A stretch of DNA of 63,395 bases, the filler included, from Octopus bimaculoides (Eukaryota), in assembly GCF_001194135.2 (NCBI RefSeq). It is 9 parts of 8 records of this genome, joined end to end, with 100 filler letters (N's around TTAATTAATTAA, not from the genome) between each part and the next. Parts side by side here need not be neighbours in the genome. Positions count along the whole stretch, not along the records: positions 37,362 to 44,903 come from NC_069009.1; positions 45,004 to 59,698 come from NC_068997.1; 7 more parts are not named here. The stretch is one strand, 5' to 3'. The translations under genes and the position numbers were made by a program. Positions within the stretch are counted from its first letter, which is position 1. Each line of letters opens with the position of its first letter. A model generated the notes under the pieces. That model did no database searches. It worked only from the letters and a program-made list of their open reading frames with translations, and had not been told where the DNA came from. Shown one piece after another: positions 41,490 to 53,638 of this stretch.

Positions 41490-41869
41490 ATAAAAAGATA
41501 GACAGACAGATAATCCAATAGATGGATGGATAAACAGGAGGTTAGATAGATAAATAGATAGATGGATAAACAGATAGGTTGATAGATAGATAGATAGATA
41601 GGTAGATAGACATGTAAATAGATAGACAGACAGACAGAGTGAGAGAGAGAGAGAGACAAATGGATGGATGGATGGATAGATAGGCAGATAGATAGATAGA
41701 TAGACAAAGAGATAAACAGATAGATACATACAGACAGATAGATAGATAGGCAAGTAGACAGACAGACAGACAGACAGATAGATAAATAGACAGACAGATA
41801 GATAGATAAATAGACAGACAGATAGATAAATAGACAGACAGATAGATAAATAGACAGACAGACAGATAA

Positions 41870-41949
<80 letters not shown>

Positions 41950-41990
41950 GTAGATAGATGGATAGATGGATAGATGGACAGACAGACAGC
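41490..41990. repeat. Compound (GATA)/(GACA)/(GATG) microsatellite inside an SLC38A10 intron
   Basis: Read directly from the sequence. Confidence 0.95.
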
Positions 41991-42002
41991 GCTCTGACTT
42001 AC

Positions 42003-42185
42003 CTTCGGGAACAACATCGTATAAAGACTGGTACGGCAGGGAAATATGATGAGGGGGAAGGTGACAGCAATGGAAAGGACAAAGCTCAGCTTCACCATGT
42101 CCGTGAAGAAAGTCGGGACCAGCATGTTGATTATGTCACCTGTAATCTCGATATTACAGAATGCTATGTAGCCAAAAAAACCAAC
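42003..42185 (-). CDS. SLC38A10: SLC38A10 internal exon (VGFFGYIAFCNIEITGDIINMLVPTFFTDMVKLSFVLSIAVTFPLIIFPCRTSLYTMLFPK), 183 nt, phase 0 to 0
   Basis: Boundaries are cttgcag|GTT and AAG|gtaagt. Carries the VGFFGY and FP..I.PCR motifs of SLC38/AAAP transporters. Confidence 0.95.
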
Positions 42186-42189
42186 CTGC

Positions 42190-43330
42190 AAGAGACAAGA
42201 GGTGAGAGGTACATTGTTAGCTGCCTGTGGTGAAGAAACAAGGTACCTGGTACCAATATGCATATGAACATACCCTGATGTAGTGAAAAACAGCTACAAC
42301 GTGCAAGAGGTGAGGTACATCGTTAGCTGTCTGTGGTGAAGAAACAAGGTACCTGGTACCAAGATGCATACGAACATACCCTGATGTAGTGAAAAACAGC
42401 TACAAAGTGCAAGAGGTGAGGTACAGCTGTGAAAGAAAAGAGATAAGGTCCCAGATACCAATATATAGACAATGTGTCCTGGTGTCTCTATTTACCCAAA
42501 AGTAGCAATAAAAGAAGGGAAAAACAGCCATCTGTAGAGAACGAGGTACCTGGTACCAACATGTGGACGAACATACCATGGTGTCTTCATGTACACAAAA
42601 GCAGTTGCATGAGAAAGGCAAGGTGCATATTTTGTCTGTGGTAAAGAAACAAGGTACCTGCAACCAACATGCAAATGAATTTACCCTGAAGAAACAGCTA
42701 TAAAAGAAAAAAGGTACAGTACGTGGTACCAACATGTAGATGACATAATCTGGTATCTATATGTACCCCAAAAGAGTTGCAAAACAGGTGAGGTGTATAT
42801 TTATCTATAGTGAAAGAGGTACCTGCTACAAACATGTAGCTGATGTGCCCTGGTACCTGTAAGTGCCTAAAAACAGATGCAAAAGAGGTGAGGTACATTC
42901 TATCTGTATTGATGGAGGTACTTGCTCCCATGACATGGCTGATGGGCCCTGGTACCTATATGTATCTAAAAATAGATGCAAAAAAGGTGAGGTACATTCT
43001 ATCTGTAGCGAAGGAGGTACTTGCTACAAACATGTGGCTGATGTGCCCTGGTACCTGTAAGTGCCTAAAAACAGATGCAAAAGAGGTACATCGTTAGTCA
43101 TTTGTAATGAAGAAAGAAGGTACTTGGTACCAGCATGTGAATGAACATACCGTGGTACTTCTATGTGCCCAAAAAAAGCTGCAAGAGAAAAGAAGTGAGG
43201 TACATAGTTGTCTGTAGCAAAGGAGGTACCAACATGATGTACCCTGAATCAAAAAGCACCAGTATGAGAAGAGGTGAAGTGAAACCAGTAACTGGAAAAG
43301 GGTACCTGGTACCAACATATACACACAGAC
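42190..43330. repeat. Degenerate tandem array, about 100-120 bp unit, about 10 copies, rich in ggtacc
   Basis: Recurring tgcaa(a)gaggtgaggtac...aaggtacctggtacca motifs fill most of the SLC38A10 intron. Confidence 0.9.
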
Positions 43331-43382
43331 AGACTGGTACATATACAGACAGTATGAAGGGACCGAGGTAAATAGAACTTAC

Positions 43383-43485
43383 CAGAAGGTAGGCAACGGA
43401 GCAGATATTTACAGCACTGCTTACAATCTTATTGATGACATTGAAGGAAGGTTCTGGAAGCTCATCATAAAGCAGGAACAACTGG
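43383..43485 (-). CDS. SLC38A10: SLC38A10 internal exon (QLFLLYDELPEPSFNVINKIVSSAVNICSVAYLL), 103 nt, phase 2 to 0
   Basis: Boundaries are ttccag|C CAG and CTG|gtaagt. The 34 codons align with recalled human QVLPTYDSLDEPSV...TFYVM. Confidence 0.93.
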
Positions 43486-43568
43486 CTGGAATAATAGATG
43501 TGAAGAGTGTGGCGTGGGTGGAAGGCCTGAGAGAGAGAGAAAGATTAAAGTTCTGTGTGTGCGTGTGC

Positions 43569-43609
<41 letters not shown>

Positions 43610-43649
43610 TACATATATATACATACACACATGCAGATTTTTATTCTTT

Positions 43650-43856
43650 TATTCTTTTACTTGTTTCAGTCACGTGACTGTGGCCATGCTGGAGCAGCGC
43701 CTTTAGTCAAACAAAATCGACCCCGGGACTTATTCTTTGTAAGCCTAGTACTTATTCTATCGGTCTCTTTTTGCCGAAACGCTAAGTTACAGGGACGTAA
43801 ACACACCAGCATTGGTTGTCAAGCGATGGTGGGGAGGGACAAACACAGACACACAA

Positions 43857-43889
<33 letters not shown>

Positions 43890-44058
43890 CATACATATAT
43901 ACGACGGGCTTCTTTCAGTTTCCGTCTACCAAATCCACTCACAAGGCTTTGGTCGGCCTGAGGCTATAGTACAAGACACTTGCCCGAGGTGCCATGCAGT
44001 GGGACTGAACCCACAACCATGTGGTTGGAAAGCAAGCTACTTACCACACAACCATGCC
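43650..44058 (-). mobile_element. Full-length CORE-like tRNA-derived SINE with internal (TA/TG)n
   Basis: Head aggcatggttgtgtggtaag, B-box-like ggttcagtccc, CORE-like segment, microsatellite, 3' module ending gaaacaagtaaaagaataaaa. Confidence 0.85.
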
Positions 44059-44395
44059 TGTACCTATGTATATACATGCTGAATATGATACATATATGTG
44101 AGCATGCGGAGAGCCAGAGTCATGCAAAAAAAATGCACCTGGTCCACTTTGTAAAGTGGCTGGCATTGGAAGGGCATCTAGCTGTAAAAACCCTTGCCAT
44201 AGCAGATACTGGAGCACGATGCAGTCCTTGGGGCCTACTAGATCATACCGAAACCTTGCAACCCATGCCAGCAACGAACATGGGTGTTAAACGATGACAA
44301 TGAAAAAGAAAAAGAGATTGAGATAAAAACCGTAATGAGAGGTGAGATGAGGTGTGACAGACGGGAAGGGGCGTGAATGATTGCCTTCTACTCAC

Positions 44396-44517
44396 GTTTG
44401 ACATCCAAAAGCCAGTGAAAAGATTGGTATACATTGGAAGAAGCCATCCCATCTCCAATACCTCACCTGCACAACCCAGTCGTTCTTCCACAGGTTTGGT
44501 AAAGACAGTAAGATCAT
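44396..44517 (-). CDS. SLC38A10: SLC38A10 internal exon (MILLSLPNLWKNDWVVQVRYWRWDGFFQCIPIFSLAFGCQ-T), 122 nt, phase 0 to 2
   Basis: Boundaries are tag|ATG and AC|gtgagt. The translation matches the human SLC38A10 segment as I recall it ([20 protein letters not shown]). Joins in frame to the 43485 exon. Confidence 0.92.
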
Positions 44518-44518
44518 C

Positions 44519-44569
<51 letters not shown>

Positions 44570-44775
44570 TATATATAACATACAGAAAATTGCACTACTG
44601 GGCACTGCACACATCCTACGCAAAACACTTTCAATACAGTAACCATAAGAGCATCATAGCAAACCACAGCACATACCCAAGGCACGCAGAGCTGTGCTCG
44701 GTAGGGAAGTGAAAGCACGTTATAAAAATAAAACTACTGAATAATAATAATAATAGTAATAATAATAATAATATT
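44570..44775 (+). mobile_element. 5'-truncated R4/Dong LINE 3' end between two (AAT)n tracts
   Basis: IQKIALLGTAHILRKTLSIQ-stop (RLE C-terminus), a short UTR and an AAT tail. Confidence 0.8.
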
Positions 44776-45679
44776 AATCATCATCGTCGTTTAACGTCTG
44801 CTTTCCATGCTAGCATGGGTTGGACGATTTGACTGAGGACTGGTGGACCAGGAGGCGACACCAGGCTCCAATCTGATCTGGCAGAGTTTCTACAGCTGGA
44901 TGCNNNNNNNNNNNNNNNNNNNNNNNNNNNNNNNNNNNNNNNNNNNNTTAATTAATTAANNNNNNNNNNNNNNNNNNNNNNNNNNNNNNNNNNNNNNNNN
45001 NNNATATACATATGCAATATATAAGTATATATATATATGCAATATATAAGTATATATATATATATATATATACATATACATATGTATGTATGTATGTATG
45101 TATGTATGAACAAGCCAACAAGTAACGAACACAAACCAAGCATCAACAACAAAAAAGACAAAAAAAAAGCCATATGCTTACTTCCTTTAGAAACATAACA
45201 CAGACCTTAGAGAAAAAAAATTGTCCAAATGCCACATTTTGTAACATCTTTCTCCACCAAAAACTGCCAAATTCTAATGAGATTTACATAAAGGAAATGC
45301 GCTACATAATTTATATAAGCTAATTTCCAGTAGATTTTTGGTTTTGTTTTTCATATTTGTTGTGATTTTCTTTTTTTTTTTTTTGCTTGATTGTTTAGTG
45401 GGTATCTTTAGTTTTCTTCATTTTCTTCATTGCTTTTTGGAGGGGGGGAGGTTATTTTTTTGAAAATACATTTACAAAATAATGGGTTTCCTGTGTTGTT
45501 GTTGTTGTTGCTGTTATTTTTTTTGTTATGTCTTTTTTTTTTGGTACTATTTCTTTATGGTCTTCTGTTTTCGCTTTGATTTTGTTAGTTTTGTTGTTGT
45601 TGTTGTTTTCTTTATTTTTTACTTCTTCATATTTCATCGTCTTGATCATAGTCATCAGCCCTCATCACCATTATGAACA

Positions 45680-46440
<761 letters not shown>

Positions 46441-46826
46441 CTCCGCCTCTCCTCGTTCTTTCCTTGATCGCCTTCTCTTCCTTCATACAATGAATTTTAC
46501 GCTTACGTTCAGTTAACAACTTTCACTTTCGTTTCGTCTCTAAACATTCATTGTTACTTGTTGTTTTTGGTGTTGGTGACAATGGTGGTGATGATCATCA
46601 TCATCATCATCATCGTAGAGATGATGATGGCGCTGGCGGCGCTGGCGTCGGAGGATGCATCCGTGGTGGTGGTGGTGGTGGTCATCGTTATATATAAACA
46701 TACTTTAATCCCCTAAGATCTCAGATATTTTTTCTGAATCTCTCTGATTCTCTAAATGTGCTAGCTTCCTGATAATAAATCGATATTAATTAATATCTGA
46801 TTTTTTACCCTATGTTTTAATTTCAA

Positions 46827-46884
<58 letters not shown>

Positions 46885-47287
46885 NNNNNNNNNNNNNNNN
46901 NNNNNNNNNNNNNNNNNNNNNNNNNNNNNNNNNNNNNNNNNNNNNNNNNNNNNNNNNNNNNNNNNNNNNNNNNNNNNNNNNNNNNNNNNNNNNNNNNNNN
47001 NNNNNNNNNNNNNNNNNNNNNNNNNNNNNNNNNNNNNNNNNNNNNNNNNNNNNNNNNNNNNNNNNNNNNNNNNNNNNNNNNNNNNNNNNNNNNNNNNNNN
47101 NNNNNNNNNNNNNNNNNNNNNNNNNNNNNNNNNNNNNNNNNNNNNNNNNNNNNNNNNNNNNNNNNNNNNNNNNNNNNNNNNNNNNNNNNNNNNNNNNNNN
47201 NNNNNNNNNNNNNNNNNNNNNNNNNNNNNNNNNNNNNNNNNNNNNNNNNNNNNNNNNNNNNNNNNNNNNNNNNNNNNNNNNNNNNNN

Positions 47288-47322
<35 letters not shown>

Positions 47323-48412
47323 ATATACATGCATTAATACATATACACGTATGTTTATGTATACATACATACATACATACATACATACATGCAAATAAAC
47401 AAACATACAAGATCTTCTCCCTTTTCTTTTTGGCCAGTCAGCTCTTGAGAGTCCAATCAAATTCTCTTAGTTCACTGATACTGTCAAGAAGATTTAACCG
47501 AACTGCGGCAGTTTTGTATCTGATTTTTCCTTTCTGCTGATGTTAGCTCTCTCTCTCTCTCTCGACAGTTTTTCCTCTAATTAATGTCTTCAATAAACAT
47601 AGATGACTTAGCCAAATTAAAGCAGTATTACTTTAAAAACCTTTAATTAGGAATATTGAAAATTTTTTAACTAATTAGAGACTATTGTAATATATTTAGT
47701 GACCATTGTAATAATGTTGAGACTAAGACAAGTCCTACTTAGTAATTTGATCACGTTAATTATTTATCTTTTTCTTGTTCTAATCATTAGACTGTGGCCA
47801 AGCTGGCGACACCGCATTGAAGAATTTTTAATCGAATGAATCGACCCCAGTACTTATTGTTTTGTTTTTTTTTAATCCTGGTACTTAATCTATCAAAATC
47901 TATTGCCGAGCCGCTAAGTTACCGGGACGTGAGCACAACAATACCGGTTGTCAGCCTGGACTGAGCAATGCCTTGTGAGTGAATTTGGTAAACGCCAACG
48001 GTGTGCAAGTTCGTCGCGTACAAATGTGTGTGTGCGTGCGCGCGTGTGTCTGGGTGTGTGTGCGTGTGCTTGTGTTTGTTTGTGTGTCTGTGAATATCTG
48101 TGTTTGTGTTTTTCTGTTTGAACTCATACTGATTGACAGCCGGTGTTGGTTTGCTTACGTCGCAGTAATTTAGCTGTTTGAAAAAGGATACCTAGAGATT
48201 AAATACATAACTATAAAAAAGTACTAGGGGTTATCTGTTCGGCTACCCCCAGCCCCACCCCAAAAAGCACACACACTGAGCGATGCTCCAGCATGTCCCA
48301 GTACGATGAGTTAAAACAAGTAAAAGTGAAATAGAACCATCTGGATTCAAGAGATCTATGAGCATGTCTTTTATTATTTTAACTTTTTTTCTTTTTTGAA
48401 ATATGTATATAT

Positions 48413-48960
48413 AATAGCTGAATAGCCCGTCGTTGCCAGGCAATTTTTACAATAGAATGTCGTATACAAATTTTTCTTTATTCCATGTCAGACCATGCCT
48501 TCCTCGACATATAGGCCTCTTAATCAGGAGAGATTTATGCAATTTTTCGCCAAAAAACTTCGTTGCTGATTTTCTCCCTTTTTAAATTATTTACATGTCT
48601 GTTTGGCTGTTTCACATGACTTTATTCATTAAATCTTCAGAAGTTCTTACAATTTTGATCGTTGTAATGCTTTGCTTTCGCTTGTTTAATAAAAATTCCT
48701 CCTTCTAATGATTTTGCCATCATTTCGTGATTGACTGCTATTATGCAAAACATGCCAGCTTCCAAATCCTGTTTTCAAACTAGGTAAAATTGATTAAACT
48801 TCCAACCTCAGTAACATTTTTCTGCAATTTTTCTGGAACAAATAAATAATGAAATCAGTTTGAATGTGGAAAATTATTTCATTATACCAAATTTAGAAAT
48901 TTCGACATGATTTTAAAATTTTCACAATATGTGATAGCAACAGAACAAGGAAGACCCTAC
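48413..48960 (+). mobile_element. Possible Helentron/DINE-like non-autonomous element
   Basis: Start atagctgaatagcccgtcgttgccaggc resembles such termini; recognised from memory only. Confidence 0.3.
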
Positions 48961-49247
48961 AAAGGTAGAGACAGGCAGTTATAGGACGTAACACACACAT
49001 ACATTCACAATCATACAGCCATGTAATCGCGAGTTTAAAATGGTGTATAGTAGACATGTGTATGTATGTATGTATGTATGTATGTATGTATGTATGTACG
49101 TACGTATGTATGTATTATGTATGTATGTACGTACGTATGTATGTATGTATGTATGTACGTACGTATGTATATATGTGTGTGTGTGTGTGTCTGTGTGAGC
49201 AGAAAAGCCCATCTAGCCTATCTCTCCTTAAAGCTACGCATTCCTTT

Positions 49248-49290
<43 letters not shown>

Positions 49291-50480
49291 ATCTATGTAT
49301 TAACGAAAGTATGTAGTCAGCGTCGCGTGTATATGACAGCTGTAATAATGTTACATCCCATTGCCATCGCTGTTCTCACCTTAACTGATATGTCACCCTC
49401 TATCTGTTACTACCTCAGACTAATGGTCTTTGCAACCTTCTCANNNNNNNNNNNNNNNNNNNNNNNNNNNNNNNNNNNNNNNNNNNNNNNNNNNNNNNNN
49501 NNNNNNNNNNNNNNNNNNNNNNNNNNNNNNNNNNNNNNNNNNNNNNNNNNNNNNNNNNNNNNNNNNNNNNNNNNNNNNNNNNNNNNNNNNNNNNNNNNNN
49601 NNNNNNNNNNNNNNNNNNNNNNNNNNNNNNNNNNNNNNNNNNNNNNNNNNNNNNNNNNNNNNNNNNNNNNNNNNNNNNNNNNNNNNNNNNNNNNNNNNNN
49701 NNNNNNNNNNNNNNNNNNNNNNNNNNNNNNNNNNNNNNNNNNNNNNNNNNNNNNNNNNNNNNNNNNNNNNNNNNNNNNNNNNNNNNNNNNNNNNNNNNNN
49801 NNNNNNNNNNNNNNNNNNNNNNNNNNNNNNNNNNNNNNNNNNNNNNNNNNNNNNNNNNNNNNNNNNNNNNNNNNNNNNNNNNNNNNNNNNNNNNNNNNNN
49901 NNNNNNNNNNNNNNNNNNNNNNNNNNNNNNNNNNNNNNNNNNNNNNNNNNNNNNNNNNNNNNNNNNNNNNNNNNNNNNNNTATATATATATATATGAATA
50001 TTTATATATCTATATATTTATATACACATACATATATATATGAGTGTGAGTGTGTGTGAGTGTGTGTGCGCGCGAGCGCTGGTGTGTGTTTTGTGTACCT
50101 TTGTGTCTGTATATCTCGCGCGCACACCGCTTGATAACCGGTGTCAGTCACTTTACGTCCTCTTTAAGTTAGTGGTTCCGTGAAAGAGAACAATAGAATT
50201 AGTACCAGTCTTTAAAAGAAAAAGAAACTATAAGTATTGGAGATCGAATGTTTCGGTTAAAAGTCCAGCATGGCCACAATCTAATGACTGAAACAAGTAA
50301 AAACAAAAGATAGAAGATGTCCTGTAGTTATCTCCCCTTCGGCTACGTCATCGGATTCGAATTCTGGCCTCATAATGGCCTGGTCTGTCTCCTTATGAAC
50401 GGGCGTCATGCTGTGATATTGCTCGCTACTCTGAGCATCCGGAAAAGCGAAAAATTGTGAAATGTTTCAATGCCACTTAC

Positions 50481-50790
50481 CACTATTCTTCCTTGCTAGC
50501 CTTCACCTTCTGCTCTGGGTACAGATTGAATTCAAGCCGAGCCGCTATGAATATGCTTCGTGAAAAATCATCGTGGTCCATTATATATAATCACATTTTC
50601 ACTGCTCTCTCTCTCTCTCCCTTTCTGTGTGTGTTTGTGTGTCTAGTTTGTAGCTTGGTAAGAAAGAAGAAAACACTACGTTAAAAGCACACTAAATAGC
50701 TGCTAACATTTCAATGTAATATCCAATTTTGCCAGGCTATAATAAAACAGCGTCCAAACTTCCGGGTTAGTTATTGGTAACATCCGGGCG
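50481..50790 (-). promoter_or_regulatory. Candidate promoter and non-coding first exon
   Basis: Minus-strand CCGGAAGT (50758-50765), CCGGATGT (50780-50787) and CCAAT (50773-50777), with a strong TG|gtaagt donor at 50481/50480. Confidence 0.3.
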
Positions 50791-51504
50791 TTTCGACATT
50801 GACGCCATAACTGCAATGAAGAAAAACTTCTCGACATTTGTATCACGTAAGCTTATGACCAATAGTAATGGAGAATAATAATTAGAAGTAAATATTTTGT
50901 TAAGGTTTGTATTAATGCTACAAATAGTAGGCAATAGGTAAATAGATAGGGAGGTACAGTGTGAATAGACGAGATCTATGGATAGATACATAGACACATA
51001 GATAGATACAATTACTTATATATGTGTATGTGTGTGTCTGTCTGTATGTATATATACATATATATTATATATATGTATACATGTATGTATGTATATATGT
51101 ATGTACGTATGTATATGCTTTCATATGTACACACATATATACAAACATATGTAGAAAGAGAAAGCGAGACACGTACAGCGAAATAAATGAGGAGATTTAT
51201 GTGTTTATGGAAATATATACATTTCTATATATATATTACATAATATATAATATAATATAATATATATATATAAGAGAGAGAGAGAGAGATGGGAGAGAAA
51301 GAGAACCAGCAGCTAAGGTATAAGGCAACGATCTTTCGCCACCAATATGAAAGTTGTTTTAGCATGTACGTGATATCAATTGTGTAAATGGGATTTATTT
51401 CTATATCAAACATCGTATTAGAATCGCTGTCTAGACACGCCTTCAAGAATCCTCATCTACACCATTTGAACAGAACATGTTAAGTTTGGTTGGTGCCGAT
51501 ATAA

Positions 51505-51543
<39 letters not shown>

Positions 51544-51553
51544 NNNNNNNNNN

Positions 51554-51591
<38 letters not shown>

Positions 51592-52030
51592 ATAGAGGAC
51601 CAGAGCTGTTAGGAAATGATTGAAGCAGCTGAGAAATGATCCCACTGGATTGAACCGAGGAGGAATAAAGGCTTAATTTACCCTAAGCTCAACTTGTATC
51701 TCGGATTCAGGTGTTTACGACATCCAAGGTATCTTGGCTCCGAGATCCAAGGTATCTTCACCACGCAGGAAGCTTCCGACTGGAACGCTGACAATAGCAT
51801 AGAATATGGCAGCAGTGAGATATCCAGAAGTACGGCCCCTTAGTATTTAAGGAGTTAAGGACCGAAGCATTTGCACGAGAGTGATGGCTTCGTCGCTGAA
51901 GGCATCCTTCTGTTCATCTCCCTCTTGCGTTTCTTACTAGCAACATAGATTTATATATTTGCATTTGTGTGTATGTACATATACATAACTAACTGTAAAT
52001 GAACTTTCGGCTTGGAGCTCGAGTTTATGC

Positions 52031-52094
<64 letters not shown>

Positions 52095-53072
52095 NNNNNN
52101 NNNNNNNNNNNNNNNNNNNNNNNNNNNNNNNNNNNNNNNNNNNNNNNNNNNNNNNNNNNNNNNNNNNNNNNNNNNNNNNNNNNNNNNNNNNNNNNNNNNN
52201 NNNNNNNNNNNNNNNNNNNNNNNNNNNNNNNNNNNNNNNNNNNNNNNNNNNNNNNNNNNNNNNNNNNNNNNNNNNNNNNNNNNNNNNNNNNNNNNNNNNN
52301 NNNNNNNNNNNNNNNNNNNNNNNNNNNNNNNNNNNNNNNNNNNNNNNNNNNNNNNNNNNNNNNNNNNNNNNNNNNNNNNNNNNNNNNNNNNNNNNNNNNN
52401 NNNNNNNNNNNNNNNNNNNNNNNNNNNNNNNNNNNNNNNNNNNNNNNNNNNNNNNNNNNNNNNNNNNNNNNNNNNNNNNNNNNNNNNNNNNNNNNNNNNN
52501 NNNNNNNNNNNNNNNNNNNNNNNNNNNNNNNNNNNNNNNNNNNNNNNNNNNNNNNNNNNNNNNNNNNNNNNNNNNNNNNNNNNNNNNNNNNNNNNNNNNN
52601 NNNNNNNNNNNNNNNNNNNNNNNNNNNNNNNNNNNNNNNNNNNNNNNNNNNNNNNNNNNNNNNNNNNNNNNNNNNNNNNNNNNNNNNNNNNNNNNNNNNN
52701 NNNNNNNNNNNNNNNNNNNNNNNNNNNNNNNNNNNNNNNNNNNNNNNNNNNNNNNNNNNNNNNNNNNNNNNNNNNNNNNNNNNNNNNNNNNNNNNNNNNN
52801 NNNNNNNNNNNNNNNNNNNNNNNNNNNNNNNNNNNNNNNNNNNNNNNNNNNNNNNNNNNNNNNNNNNNNNNNNNNNNNNNNNNNNNNNNNNNNNNNNNNN
52901 NNNNNNNNNNNNNNNNNNNNNNNNNNNNNNNNNNNNNNNNNNNNNNNNNNNNNNNNNNNNNNNNNNNNNNNNNNNNNNNNNNNNNNNNNNNNNNNNNNNN
53001 NNNNNNNNNNNNNNNNNNNNNNNNNNNNNNNNNNNNNNNNNNNNNNNNNNNNNNNNNNNNNNNNNNNNNNNN

Positions 53073-53113
<41 letters not shown>

Positions 53114-53607
53114 CCTCTCTCTCTCTCTCTCTGTCTCTCTTTCTCTCCCTCCAAAAAAGACTTCCTTCCAACATACACGTTTCTCTAATCTGAAAGGGAA
53201 TCATGATCCGTCCGGTCCACTGACCCTCACCTAAGACCCACCATGAAGTAAAGTACAACTAGCTTTTAACAAACGAGCAAATAACATTTGCGTCAACAGT
53301 AAAATGCCTAGCGGAAGCTACAAATTCTGCGCACGTCAGCAAGCTCTTTCTGTTTTTGTCGTTATTGTGGTAGTTGTGGTTTCTATACTCTGGAGGTGTG
53401 GAACAAACTGCGTGTTGGCATCAACGCCGTCTTTGTTCCGTTTATTTGGCTGGTTGGATGAGTTTATGTTGTTGCGAGGAGGGAGGGCATTTGAGGGGAA
53501 GTGTAAGGTGTTAGTGGTGGAGGTGTAATTGGTCGGGACTTTTAATATTCAATGACCCTTACTGTTTAGTGTGGGTGGTAACAGGTACGTCCATATATAT
53601 ATATATG

Positions 53608-53638
<31 letters not shown>

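Noticed and set aside
42843-43097. Repetitive 84-aa ORF (MCPGTCKCLKTDAKEVRY...)
   Set aside because: An open frame across the roughly 99-bp units of the intronic tandem array; antisense to SLC38A10, with no other coding evidence.
38892-43330. Tandem arrays as possible CRISPR
   Set aside because: Eukaryotic context, long degenerate units, no constant repeat with unique spacers, and no cas genes.
47438-47533. Minus-strand peptide ...LLDSISELREFDWTLKS, reminiscent of a COMM-domain FDW motif
   Set aside because: Poor acceptor, in-frame stop before any donor, and similarity limited to a few residues.
51937-53258. Long ORFs of 200-450 aa here and at about 5.5, 15, 31, 47, 49.5, 57, 58, 61 and 62 kb
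   Set aside because: They consist of N runs plus dinucleotide repeats.
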